DNA from: Myxococcota bacterium | GTDB lineage: Bacteria; Myxococcota_A; UBA796; CAJQPC01 | DNA: 64,000 bases | Direction: 5' to 3' | Assembly: GCA_036012755.1 (NCBI GenBank) | Contig: DASCPX010000059.1 | Location: 129,870 to 193,869 of the forward strand | Shown here: positions 28,024-37,653 of the stretch, piece after piece | How positions within the stretch are numbered: the first letter of the stretch is position 1 | How the letters are laid out: every line of letters begins with the position of its first letter | Notes under the pieces: generated by a model | What the model was told of the DNA's origin: nothing | Seen by the model: only the letters and a program-made list of their open reading frames with translations | The model's database searches: none | Translations under genes and position numbers: made by a program

Positions 28024-28086
28024 TCGGTGCTCTTCCTTCCCACGACGGTACCGGGCGCGGGCCCGCCGGCGCATCACAAGATTCTC

Positions 28087-28944
28087 TCAGTCCAGGGTCG
28101 CCACGACCGGGAGGTGGTCCGAGACCCACAGGACCCCTTCCGAGGTCTCCATCGGGGAGGTGAAGAGGACCTCTGCCTCGACGACCTCCAGCCCGCGCAC
28201 CCAGAGGTAGTCGATGCGCTGGTCCGAGCGGTTGCCCTCTTCGCCGAGGGGGATCGTGCTGTTGGTGCAGGTAGGACCGCCCTCGACGAGGCATGGTTCG
28301 CCGATGACGTCGGTGAAACCTGCGTCCTCGAGCACCTCCATGCCCTCTTCGTCGTCCGCGATGTTGAAGTCGCCGCCGAGCACGATGCGATCCCCGCCGA
28401 GCTCCTCCACGAAGCCGAGCACGTCCTCGACCTCTATGGCTCCGTTCCCCGAGGTGTGAGCGTCGAAGAGGTCCACCTCGTCCCCCTCCACCGAGACCCG
28501 GGTGTGGAGCACGCTGCGTGGGGTGCCAGAGGTCGTCGTCAGCACGTGGTTGTTGGCCTCGAGCACCTCGTAGCAGGTGAGGATTGCTTGCCCCCAGCCG
28601 TTGCCGGAGGAGGCTGGCTCGGTGCCGAAGAGGTCGCCGAAGGTGAGCGACCAGGCTTCGCCCTGCGCCACGCGGAGGATCTCCGCCGTGTCGGGGTAGC
28701 CGTCCGTCGCCCCCATCACGACCTCCTGCAGCATGAGCGCCGCGAGCCCATCCTCGGCCAGGGCCGGGCCGGCGAGGGCGAGGCGCTCCTCGACCCGGTC
28801 GAAGGGCTGGGCGTCGGGATCCTCGTCGAGGTAGCCGTGCAGCAGGTTCCACGAGGCCACCCGCAGGGGGCCGCAGGCTGGAGTGGAGTCGGCGGTCCCG
28901 CCAGGGGTGCAGCCCGAGAGCGACAGCAACAAGAGCGCTTTCAC
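28087..28944 (-). CDS. Endonuclease/exonuclease/phosphatase family lipoprotein
   Basis: LRVASWNL, LQEV, GGDFN, RIDYLW, SDHLPV; LSGC lipobox. Confidence 0.9.
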   Translation of the reverse strand: MKALLLLSLSGCTPGGTADSTPACGPLRVASWNLLHGYLDEDPDAQPFDRVEERLALAGPALAEDGLAALMLQEVVMGATDGYPDTAEILRVAQGEAWSLTFGDLFGTEPASSGNGWGQAILTCYEVLEANNHVLTTTSGTPRSVLHTRVSVEGDEVDLFDAHTSGNGAIEVEDVLGFVEELGGDRIVLGGDFNIADDEEGMEVLEDAGFTDVIGEPCLVEGGPTCTNSTIPLGEEGNRSDQRIDYLWVRGLEVVEAEVLFTSPMETSEGVLWVSDHLPVVATLD

Positions 28945-28981
28945 CACTGCGAGGTAGCACGCGATACCCTCCGTGGCGGCA

Positions 28982-31177
28982 ATGAACCAGTCCCAACCCA
29001 AGGGCCTCCGCCTCGGGACATTCCTCGGCGTCTACACGCCGACCGTCCTCACGATCCTCGGCGTCATCCTGTATCTGCGGATGGGCTGGGTCGTGGGCAA
29101 CGCCGGCATCTGGGGTGCCGTCGCGATCGTGCTCATCGCCAACGGCATCACGGCCATCACCGCCCTGTCGATGTCGGCCCTGTCCACGAACATGCGGGTC
29201 GGGGTAGGCGGCGCCTACTACATCATCAGCCGCTCGATGGGCCTGGAGCTCGGTGGCGCCCTGGGCATCCCGCTCTACCTCTCGCAGGTCCTGTCGGTGA
29301 CGCTGTATGCCTTCGGACTGGCGGAGAGCACCGTCTTCGTCGCCTCGGAGCTGGGTGGGATCGAGAACACCGAGGGCTTCGTCCAGCCCCTGGCCGCGCT
29401 CATCGTGATCGCCGTCACGGCGCTGGCTGCCCGCAGCACCGAGCTCGCCCTCAAGGCCCAGCTGCCGATCCTGGGCTTCATCGTGATCTCGCTGGTGGCC
29501 CTCTGGGTCGGCGTCGACTTCGACGTCCAGCACGCCCGGAGCACCGGGCCCTTCGAGGAGGTGGGCTTCTGGGGCGTCTTCGCCGTCTTCTTCCCTGCGG
29601 TGACCGGCGTGCTCGCTGGCGTCGGGCTCTCCGGCGACCTCCGCGATCCCGGGAAGTCCATCCCCCGCGGGGTCGGCCTGGCTGTCGTGACCGGCTTCGT
29701 CGTCTACATCTCCGCACCCTTCGTGCTGGGCTACGCCGCCCCCATCGACGAGCTGCTCACGAACAAGCTCATCTGGACGGAGGTCGCGGTCTTCGGCGCC
29801 TTCGCGGTCCTCCCCGGGCTCTTCGGCGCCGTGCTGTCCTCGGCCATCGGCAGCATCCTCGGAGCCCCCCGGACGATGCAGGCCCTGGCTCAGGATGGGC
29901 TCGTCGATCGTCGCCTCGGGCGGGTCGACGAAAAGACGGGCGAGCCGATGGTCGCCCTTTACATCAGCGGTGCCGTCGCGTTGGCCGCCGTCGCCCTCGG
30001 TGACCTCAACGCAGTCGCCGCGGTCGTCTCGATGTTCTTCCTGACGACCTACGGGATGCTGAACCTGGCATCAGCGCTAGAGGCCTGGATTCGCGATCCC
30101 AGCTACCGCCCGCGCATCCGCGTGCCCTTCTGGATCAGCCTGGTGGGTGCGCTCGGTTGCGCCCTGGCCATGGCCCTGATCAGCCCCTTGGCCTTCGTCG
30201 CGGCGGTGCTCATCGAGACCGGGATCTGGTGGTGGCTCAGCCGCCGTCGGCTCCAGGCCACCTGGGGCGATCTGCGGAGCGGCTTCTGGTTCGCGACGGC
30301 CCGGCTCGCGATGGTCCAGCTGCGCACCGCACGCATCGAGCCCCGCAACTGGCGCCCCCACATCCTCGTCTTCACGCCGAACCTGGAGCGCGACGTCGGC
30401 GTCGTGTCCATGGCCGCCCACTTCGGTCAGGACCAGGGCATCGTCTCGGTGTTGACCTTGCACAAGGGCCACCTGGACGACCGGGATGTGCCCAAGCGCA
30501 CCCTCGCTCGGAACCGCGAGCTCCTGGTGGCGGCTGGCGTGATGGCCTTTCCAGAGGTCGTCACCTGCGAGAACAAGGAGCTCGGCCTGCTCTCGGCCTG
30601 CCAGGCCAACGGCTTCGCTGGCATCGAGTCCAACATGGTGTGCTTCCGCTGGCCGTCGAAGCGCGAGCGCCTCGAGCGCATGATCCGCTGGGTCCGCCAC
30701 TTCGACGACCTCGAGAAGAGCACGATGATCATGCGACCGGTGAAGGGGAGCCGGACCAAGGAGGGAGGGGGCGAGGTCCTGGTCTGGTGGAAGGGCAAGG
30801 AGGCCAACGGCGACCTCATGTTGTTGCTGGCCCACCTGCTCGTGATGAGCAAGGCCTGGCGCGGTGCGCGCATCACGCTCGCGAGCGTCGTCGAGTCCGT
30901 CGAGGAGGGAGAGGCGCTCAGCAAGCGCGTGGCCGGGGGTCTGGCAGGGACCAACATCCAGGCCGAGATCGAGGTCGTCGTGCGGCCCGACGACCACTCC
31001 CCCCTGGACTGCATCAGTGAGCGTTCCAGGCAGGCGGACCTCGTCTTCCTGGGTCTCGCGCGCGCCGAGCCAGGGACCGAAGAAGACATCGCCGCTCGGC
31101 TGATCACCCTGGTCGAGGGCATGCCGAGCGTGATCCTGGTCCGCAACTCGGGGCCCTTCCGCGGACGGCTCGTCTAG
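28982..31177 (+). CDS. Cation-chloride cotransporter (SLC12-like amino acid permease)
   Basis: LGTFLGVYTP..LTILGVILYLRMGWVVG, GGAYYIISRSMGLELGG, FAVFFPAVTG..G..LSGDL, NWRPHILV cytoplasmic domain. Confidence 0.92.
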   Translation: MNQSQPKGLRLGTFLGVYTPTVLTILGVILYLRMGWVVGNAGIWGAVAIVLIANGITAITALSMSALSTNMRVGVGGAYYIISRSMGLELGGALGIPLYLSQVLSVTLYAFGLAESTVFVASELGGIENTEGFVQPLAALIVIAVTALAARSTELALKAQLPILGFIVISLVALWVGVDFDVQHARSTGPFEEVGFWGVFAVFFPAVTGVLAGVGLSGDLRDPGKSIPRGVGLAVVTGFVVYISAPFVLGYAAPIDELLTNKLIWTEVAVFGAFAVLPGLFGAVLSSAIGSILGAPRTMQALAQDGLVDRRLGRVDEKTGEPMVALYISGAVALAAVALGDLNAVAAVVSMFFLTTYGMLNLASALEAWIRDPSYRPRIRVPFWISLVGALGCALAMALISPLAFVAAVLIETGIWWWLSRRRLQATWGDLRSGFWFATARLAMVQLRTARIEPRNWRPHILVFTPNLERDVGVVSMAAHFGQDQGIVSVLTLHKGHLDDRDVPKRTLARNRELLVAAGVMAFPEVVTCENKELGLLSACQANGFAGIESNMVCFRWPSKRERLERMIRWVRHFDDLEKSTMIMRPVKGSRTKEGGGEVLVWWKGKEANGDLMLLLAHLLVMSKAWRGARITLASVVESVEEGEALSKRVAGGLAGTNIQAEIEVVVRPDDHSPLDCISERSRQADLVFLGLARAEPGTEEDIAARLITLVEGMPSVILVRNSGPFRGRLV

Positions 31178-31809
31178 GCGCAGGGCTTGCCGACATCCAG
31201 CCGAGCGAAGTCCTTGTGGAAACGACGCCACTGGGTCGGGACGAGGTGACGGCCGTCGCTCAGGAGGTGCCAGGGCTCCATCGCCGTGAGGTCCTTTCGC
31301 AGCTCGAGCTTGTCCACCGAGGCGTTCGTGAAGTCCCAGATCGCCGTCGCGAGGCGGTCGAAGCCGTCCGGGCCCTCGCGCAGGCGGCGTGCCTCAGAGG
31401 CCGACAGGGGGTGGGCCTCGAGAGAGGGCCACTCGACCATCGGGCGGATCAGCGCCGGCAAGGCGTGACCCTCGACGGAGAGCTCCAGCGTGCGGACACG
31501 CTCGTCGATGCGGCCCACCAGGGGTGCGATGGACAGGACACCGGTCGGCTCGGGCTCCAGGTGGGCGACCACGTGCCACCAGGCCCGCCAGGCCTCGCGC
31601 TCGAAGGCCAGCATGGCCTCCACCCGTCGCTTCCAGGCGCCGTCGACGAAGGGGAGGACGAACACCAGCGCGTCGCGTCGAGGCGAGCTCGCCGGAGTCC
31701 GGAAGGTGTCCAACAGGCCGCGGGTGCCCGGGGGTGGCAGGAGGTCGACGGCCGGGCGTCCGAGCGCCTCGGTCACGCTCTCGGGAGTCAGGATCATGCG
31801 AGGCAGCAT
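31174..31809 (-). CDS. Hypothetical protein, last gene of the SEDS-PBP-Hsp70 operon
   Basis: TGATG coupling with the upstream gene; no recognised motif. Confidence 0.7.
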   Translation of the reverse strand: MLPRMILTPESVTEALGRPAVDLLPPPGTRGLLDTFRTPASSPRRDALVFVLPFVDGAWKRRVEAMLAFEREAWRAWWHVVAHLEPEPTGVLSIAPLVGRIDERVRTLELSVEGHALPALIRPMVEWPSLEAHPLSASEARRLREGPDGFDRLATAIWDFTNASVDKLELRKDLTAMEPWHLLSDGRHLVPTQWRRFHKDFARLDVGKPCA

Positions 31810-33569
31810 CAGGCCTCCAGGTAGACGAGCACGGCGCGCACGGTGTGGCCGCGAGGCGCGCGCGGGACGAGGGGGACCTGCACCCGCACGATGAGTCCGG
31901 GGGCTGCGGTGGCCGGTGGCGCCCGATCGCCGAGGATGTCCTCGAGGCGCACCGGCGTCGTGAGCACCTTGCGGTTCAGGAACTCCCGCTCGCGCACCCG
32001 GTACAGCGGCACGTGCTCGTAGCCGTAGCCCAGGCGGGACAGGGCGGCGGCGGTCGCCTCTTCGACGGGGACGTCCACCCGCGAGGACTCCGGGACCTCG
32101 TGCGGGAGGGCCTCTACCAGGAACTGGGCGAGTCGGAGCCAGGGCACCACGAAGCGGTTGAAGACCTCGCGGCGCAGGCCGTTGGCCAAGGCCAGGCCGT
32201 CGTCCTGCTGCTTACGCTCGACCGTTGGGGCGAGGCTGGCCCAGGCCCGGTAGCCTCGCGCCGGACGGGCCGAGCGTCGGGAGTAGGCCTTCTCGGCCAG
32301 CACCGCCTGGCACACGTCGTCCAGGGAGCCGGCTCCGAGGTGTCGGGCGCCGATGGCGAAGGCGCTGAGCTCCCGGTAGCCCTCGCGGAAGCCCTCTTCG
32401 AGCTCCTCCCAGCGCTGGTGGTAGTCCCCCTCCGTGAGGGCGCGAAGCCGCTGGGAGGCCTCCAACAGATCGCGCCCTCGACGGAAGAGATCGCCGTGCT
32501 CGGCCATGCCGAGGTCACAGACGGCCCCGCAAGCGCTGCGCAGCTCCGGGTACTCCAGCGCCTGGCCCAGCGCTCCACGCAGGCCGTCGTGCTCCGGGGC
32601 GGTCGGCTTCTCCACCGCGAGCTCCTCGACGCGCTCTGCCTCGGCGGCCTTCTCTGTCTCCAGGGAGGCGACGCGGCCCCCCAGCGCCCGCATCCCTGCG
32701 CGCGCCTGGTCCAGCTCTGCCTGGAGGTCCGAGATCCTGCGCTCCTTCAGCTGCAGGCGACTGCGCAGGGGGCCGGCTTCGTCGACGGTCGGCCTCGCCC
32801 GCTCCCGAATCCGGGCGGCGATGAGCCCGAGCACGATGCCGCCAGCGCCAGCCAGGACGATGAGCAGCCACGACTTCGGAGCTCCCTGTTCGGCCGGCTC
32901 CTCCAGGGGGGCCTCCTCGACGAGGACCTCGAGCTCGGGGGTGGTCACGCTCAGGACCACGGCGGGGAGGCTCGGAGAGTCGCAGGAGGGTGTGCGCGCG
33001 AAGTCGAACAAGAGCAGCTCTCCCCTGGCTCCGGGGGGCAGCGTGCAGTCCTCGAAGGCGAAGCCCTGGGGCCCGACCGTGACGGCGCAGGTCTGCTCGC
33101 CCAGCCTCAGCACGCCGGCGTGGACACGGGCGTCCCGGGACAGTCCATGCAGCACGCCGCCGGCGTTGTCCGCCCAGGTCTGCTCGCCGCAGGGTCGGCG
33201 GTTGCTCTGCTCGGAGCTCCAGAAGGTGTGGCTCCAGACGGTGCGGATCGGCTCCAGCGGCTCGAGGTCGTTCGGGGACTCGAGCACGAGCTCTCCCCGC
33301 AGCGGGATCAGGGCGGGATCCCCGTCCTCTTCGCCGCCAGAGGGACACCAGCGCGGCGGGGCGGTGGTGCCGGAGGGGTCGCCGAAGCCCCACTCGTCAC
33401 CGTCGCACTTGCGGCCGGTGCGCTCGTGGACCAACGGTGAAGCGAGCAGCATGTCGCCGGCATCGCTCGGGATCACCAGGCCGTACCGAGACCGGTCCGC
33501 GTCGTGGAAGCCCGGCTCGCCGAGCTCTACCCCCAGGGGCGCCGCCAGCGCTGGGAGCACCCAGATCAC
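31809..33569 (-). CDS. Single-pass membrane protein with cytoplasmic coiled coil (C-terminus weakly GrpE-like)
   Basis: GTG at 33569 overlaps the upstream stop; short signal MIWVLPALA; Cys-rich ectodomain; TM WLLIVLAGAGGIVLGLIA; heptads LRSRLQLKERRISDLQAELDQ. Confidence 0.72.
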   Translation of the reverse strand: MIWVLPALAAPLGVELGEPGFHDADRSRYGLVIPSDAGDMLLASPLVHERTGRKCDGDEWGFGDPSGTTAPPRWCPSGGEEDGDPALIPLRGELVLESPNDLEPLEPIRTVWSHTFWSSEQSNRRPCGEQTWADNAGGVLHGLSRDARVHAGVLRLGEQTCAVTVGPQGFAFEDCTLPPGARGELLLFDFARTPSCDSPSLPAVVLSVTTPELEVLVEEAPLEEPAEQGAPKSWLLIVLAGAGGIVLGLIAARIRERARPTVDEAGPLRSRLQLKERRISDLQAELDQARAGMRALGGRVASLETEKAAEAERVEELAVEKPTAPEHDGLRGALGQALEYPELRSACGAVCDLGMAEHGDLFRRGRDLLEASQRLRALTEGDYHQRWEELEEGFREGYRELSAFAIGARHLGAGSLDDVCQAVLAEKAYSRRSARPARGYRAWASLAPTVERKQQDDGLALANGLRREVFNRFVVPWLRLAQFLVEALPHEVPESSRVDVPVEEATAAALSRLGYGYEHVPLYRVREREFLNRKVLTTPVRLEDILGDRAPPATAAPGLIVRVQVPLVPRAPRGHTVRAVLVYLEA

Positions 33570-35653
33570 AACAGGTCTCCCCAGCCGAAGGGCAGGCCGG
33601 TGATGGGGCTCCTCGGGGCGGGACCCTCGTCGTCCGGGGCCTCCGGGAGCGGGATGGGTTCTCCGCCCTCGACGAGCTGCCAGAGACCCAGGCGCCAGCG
33701 GGCCGCGTCGAAGCGCGCCAGGAGCGAGCACTCGCTGGCCAGCGGCACGTCGAGGGTCGCGATGGTGCGGCTCGTCCAGCTGTCCGAGTCCCCGAACCAG
33801 GCGTCGACAGAGGTCGGGAAGCGGCGCTGGGCGAACTGGACCCGCGCGTCTCGACCGACCCGCGGCAGTCGCACGACGGCCCGTGCCTGTCCTCCGGGGA
33901 TCAGGCGCGTCCCAGCACGCCAGACACGCGTCTCCGGGCGCATCTCCAGGCGGTAGGTGATCTCCTGACCCACGAAGTGGCCGACGGCGGTCCCAGCGCT
34001 GGTGGTCGAGGCACAGGCCCCGCGCACGCAGGCGAGCTTCATGTGGTCGACGTCGTCCTCGTTGGCCGCGGTCGTGAAGTCCACGGCGTCGCTGGTGCGC
34101 ACCAGCCCCCGCTCGACGAGGTAGACAGCGAGGGCCTCGCGGAGGCCGGGCAGCAAGGCTCCACGGCCGCTGACGACCACGCGGTCGATGGTCCCGTGGT
34201 CCTCGCCCGGCGGGAAGAGGTCATCCACCACGGTGCAGATCGTGGCTCGGAGGAACTTCGTCAGCCGAGGTCCCCAGGCGCTGTGCGGGACCGGCGGCAG
34301 GGCCTTCAGCCCGTAGGCCTGGAAGTCGAGCTCGCCAGCGGAGATGGACTCCGGGCTTCCCGGTAGCAAGGCCTGGGCGAGCCAGATCGCCCAGCTCTCG
34401 GCGAGCACGTCCCCCTGGTTCCGAGCCTCTGACAGGACCCGCGAGAGCTCGGTCGACCAGTCGATCTTGGCTGGTGAGACCTGCCCGAGCGCGCCGCGAC
34501 GGTTCTCTCGACCGGTCCCGGCGATGTCCGAGACCACCTCCGCGATGCGCTCGTCGAGGCGGCCCTCCCGGAGGTCGGCCAGGCAGCGCACGAGCAGCTC
34601 GTCGACGTCGTTTCCACCGACCGTGACCCCCGAGTGGCGCTCGATGGCGACGCGAGGGAGGCCCTCGTCGATCTCGGCGGACACCAGCGCCGCGTCCGTG
34701 CTGCCTCCGCCGACATCGAAGACCAGCAGCCGGCTGGGGGGCAGGGTGCTCGCCCGGGGGTTGCTGCCGCGCCAGCGGGCCAGCTCCCACCACACGACCG
34801 CGTCGGCTTCGCGGACCAGCGAAGGCACAGGCACTGCCTGGTCGAAGTGCCCCCAGCCGCGGGCGGCGAAGAGGCTCTCGAGGAAGCGACGGAGCCCCGC
34901 GTGAGAGGCGTGCTGGAGCAGCTCACACTCGTAGGCGCCGAAGGCGTTCGGCACGGTCAGGCGGAGCTCCAGACCCTGGGTCCGGATGGCGTCGACCGGG
35001 AAGCCCTCGATGCCGAGCCCCTCGCAGTAGTCGTCGTCCTCGAGCTCGAAGATCGCGAGCTCCTCGCGGATGGTGCCGGAGCCCTTCGGTGTCAGCGCGA
35101 GGGTGACGAGCTCCTCGACGACCTTCTCCAGCGGATGGGCGAGCTGACCGGCGCCCTTGCCCTGCCGTCGTCCGTCCGCGAGCAGGCGCTTGAGCGAGCG
35201 GTAGTAGCGAAAGCGCGGATCCGGTGCCGCTTGGTCGCGCAGTCGCCTGGCGGGCGCCCCGAGCACGGCTGGCTCGTCCGGATCCCGGTGGACCGCGAGG
35301 ACCGAGTCGATGGTGTGGCGAAAGGTCCGCGGCTCGCGGCTGGCGACCACGAGGCGGGCCAGCTGCCCGTCGAGGCCCCGCGGCCACGCGACGGCGCAGG
35401 CGGAGGTGCCGAAGTCCAGGCAGAGCCGCAGCGGCCGGACGGCTGTGACCTGACGGCCACCGTCGGGCTCGAGCATGGGCAGGCTCGCCGAGGCCTCTTC
35501 GACGACCTCGACCTCTGTGGCTTCGGTCTCGGCGGATCCGTCGGTCAGGAGGTTCTGGTCCTCGCCGGGGATCTCTGCGTAGAAGTCGTCCCCGTCCACC
35601 GGGGCCGTGAAGAAGTCCAGGACCGTCTGCACGAAGCGCTGCCACCAGGTCAT
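33566..35653 (-). CDS. Divergent Hsp70/actin-fold ATPase
   Basis: LCLDFGTS (phosphate-1), SLKRLL, LTVPNAF, VREADA, VFDVGGGSTD (phosphate-2), VGGNDVD, VVSGRGALLP; no DnaK substrate-binding domain. Confidence 0.87.
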   Translation of the reverse strand: MTWWQRFVQTVLDFFTAPVDGDDFYAEIPGEDQNLLTDGSAETEATEVEVVEEASASLPMLEPDGGRQVTAVRPLRLCLDFGTSACAVAWPRGLDGQLARLVVASREPRTFRHTIDSVLAVHRDPDEPAVLGAPARRLRDQAAPDPRFRYYRSLKRLLADGRRQGKGAGQLAHPLEKVVEELVTLALTPKGSGTIREELAIFELEDDDYCEGLGIEGFPVDAIRTQGLELRLTVPNAFGAYECELLQHASHAGLRRFLESLFAARGWGHFDQAVPVPSLVREADAVVWWELARWRGSNPRASTLPPSRLLVFDVGGGSTDAALVSAEIDEGLPRVAIERHSGVTVGGNDVDELLVRCLADLREGRLDERIAEVVSDIAGTGRENRRGALGQVSPAKIDWSTELSRVLSEARNQGDVLAESWAIWLAQALLPGSPESISAGELDFQAYGLKALPPVPHSAWGPRLTKFLRATICTVVDDLFPPGEDHGTIDRVVVSGRGALLPGLREALAVYLVERGLVRTSDAVDFTTAANEDDVDHMKLACVRGACASTTSAGTAVGHFVGQEITYRLEMRPETRVWRAGTRLIPGGQARAVVRLPRVGRDARVQFAQRRFPTSVDAWFGDSDSWTSRTIATLDVPLASECSLLARFDAARWRLGLWQLVEGGEPIPLPEAPDDEGPAPRSPITGLPFGWGDLL

Positions 35654-37653
35654 GCTTCCACCCACACGCGCACGGTCGGCTCGTGTTCGTCCATGGGCCC
35701 CCCGGGGGCGTCGACGTCGACCCGGACAGGCGGCTTCCGGGGGTGGACGTAGCGGGGGCGAAGACACCAGGCTCCGTCGGCGGTCTCCACGATCACCTCG
35801 GCTGCGATGCGCGTGCCGGCCATGAGCGCAGCGACGGCCTCGCGGACCTCTTGGGGGCGGCCGTCGTCAGGGACGCCGGTCGCGCCACGGCGGCTGAGGG
35901 CCCAGCCCGGAAAGGGCCCCTCTGTGGGGAAGACGAGCTCCTCGTCCAGCAACCAGCCGGCGAACTCCAGGCCCCGCAACAGGCAGCCCCGCCAGGCGGT
36001 GCGCTCGACACGCTCGGCGGGCAGGAGGCTGTCGTAGCCGAAGCCCTCGAAGTGGTACTGCAGGCCGTCTCCGGTGAGCTCGCCGCCGACACGCAGGTGC
36101 GCGCTCCGACCGCGTCCCTCCAGGCGAAGGCCGCCGCCGGTGTTCCAGGCGCGGAGTGGCCAGAAGGGGCCGAGCTCGTTGAGGTCGAGGATCGCCAGGG
36201 GGCTGTCCAGCTCGAAGGCCCACTGGCCGGACTCGCCGAGGGAGCGCACGACACCATCCAGCAACAGGCCGCGGTGGAAGATCCTCGCTCGCCCCTCTCC
36301 GACGAGGTGGAAGCGGCCCCCCACGGGCTCGAGCTCGACCAGTTCACAGGCGGAAAAGACCTTCGGGTCCAAGATGCCGCGGGCGTCTCCGCGTCCGATC
36401 CGCACGGTCTCGCCTGTCCGAAACAGGAGCCGCAGGGCGTCGAGGTCGTCGACCTCGTTGAGCACGATGTGGTGGCGCCCTGGCAGCCAGGCTTCGACAG
36501 GGCCGGCGCGGACGAGCTCCTCCAGGTCCTCGGCACTGGCCGCTGCCAGCGGCTCGAAGGCGAGGTCGTCGACCGGGCCCTCTTGACCGGTCTCGGGGTA
36601 GCGGACGCGGCCGTCCGTGCCGAGGCTCCAGCGGGCCGCGGTGGTCTCGACGGGCTTCAGGGCCACCCGCGCCGGTGCCGGTGCTGCCCCGACCGCCGCC
36701 GGGTGGCTCCAGCGCGCGCGGAGCGGGGGCGGCTCGAGGACGACGCGGCCCAGGACGCCCTGGCCTGCGACCTCGACCGAGAGGTGGCCGATGGGAGCCA
36801 GGCGCGGACTCCAGGCGGGGCTGAGCACATAGGCGTCGCCGGCGCGCTGGCCTTCGATCTCCACGCGGTCCACGCGCTCGCCGATGTGGTGGTGGAGCAC
36901 GAGCCCGAGGCGCTCGGGGCGCAGGGAGACGCCCTGCAGCACCAGCTTGGACAGGGGCAGCTCGACAGGGCCCAGCCCGGTGAAGGAAGTCTCTACGGAC
37001 AGCGGGACCGTCGGGCTCGAGAGCGGGCCGTCCTCTCCGACGAGGTTCGTCCAGATCCGGACGTGGGGGTCCTCGAGCGTCTCCAGGGTCGACAGCTCGA
37101 CCACTCGGCCGCCGTCGAGGACCTCTGCCCCCTGCACCGCGCCAGCGGGCAAGGGCGCACCTCCCACGAAGTGCAGGGTCGGCAGCACCAGCTCCAGCTC
37201 GTCCTCGTCGCCGACGATGCGCGCGCCGGTCGGGGCCTCGAGCGCGACCGGGCCGCCGGGGCCCACCTCGATGGAGGGATCGGGGAGCTCGATGCGCTCC
37301 TCGCCGCGGACCACCGTGAACCTCCAGCGGTCCCTGGTCCGCTCCTTCTCGAGCACGCAGTGGAGCTCGCAGCCCTCCATGGGCAGGACGAAGCGCTCGA
37401 CCCCTTCCGAGAGCTCGGTCCACACCCAGGCGTGGCCCTGGACACGGAGCGGAAGGGCGCGACGGTGGAGCTTGCCGTCCTTGGGGACCCAGTCGCAGAG
37501 GAAGGGCCTGCGCTCCTCGCCGCCGAGCACCCCGAGCAGCTTGCGGAGGTCGCGCAGGACGCGCTCCTCGACGTTCTCGTACCAGAGGCCGCAGGGCTCG
37601 AAGTGATCGCCCCGGTCGACGATGCGCAGGACCTCGTCGCGCTGCACCTTCAT
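35650..37653 (-). CDS. Hypothetical beta-rich protein (667 aa)
   Basis: ATG at 37653 overlaps the PBP stop, and its own stop overlaps the ATPase start; coding-like frame. Confidence 0.75.
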   Translation of the reverse strand: MKVQRDEVLRIVDRGDHFEPCGLWYENVEERVLRDLRKLLGVLGGEERRPFLCDWVPKDGKLHRRALPLRVQGHAWVWTELSEGVERFVLPMEGCELHCVLEKERTRDRWRFTVVRGEERIELPDPSIEVGPGGPVALEAPTGARIVGDEDELELVLPTLHFVGGAPLPAGAVQGAEVLDGGRVVELSTLETLEDPHVRIWTNLVGEDGPLSSPTVPLSVETSFTGLGPVELPLSKLVLQGVSLRPERLGLVLHHHIGERVDRVEIEGQRAGDAYVLSPAWSPRLAPIGHLSVEVAGQGVLGRVVLEPPPLRARWSHPAAVGAAPAPARVALKPVETTAARWSLGTDGRVRYPETGQEGPVDDLAFEPLAAASAEDLEELVRAGPVEAWLPGRHHIVLNEVDDLDALRLLFRTGETVRIGRGDARGILDPKVFSACELVELEPVGGRFHLVGEGRARIFHRGLLLDGVVRSLGESGQWAFELDSPLAILDLNELGPFWPLRAWNTGGGLRLEGRGRSAHLRVGGELTGDGLQYHFEGFGYDSLLPAERVERTAWRGCLLRGLEFAGWLLDEELVFPTEGPFPGWALSRRGATGVPDDGRPQEVREAVAALMAGTRIAAEVIVETADGAWCLRPRYVHPRKPPVRVDVDAPGGPMDEHEPTVRVWVEA

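Noticed and set aside
27181..30003. 940-aa plus-strand ORF and similar long overlapping ORFs
   Set aside because: Stop-poor alternate or antisense frames expected in high-GC DNA; no motifs, and they conflict with well-supported genes.
33566..35653. Calling the ATPase dnaK, mreB or ftsA
   Set aside because: It shares only the fold motifs; length, inserts and C-terminus fit none of these families.
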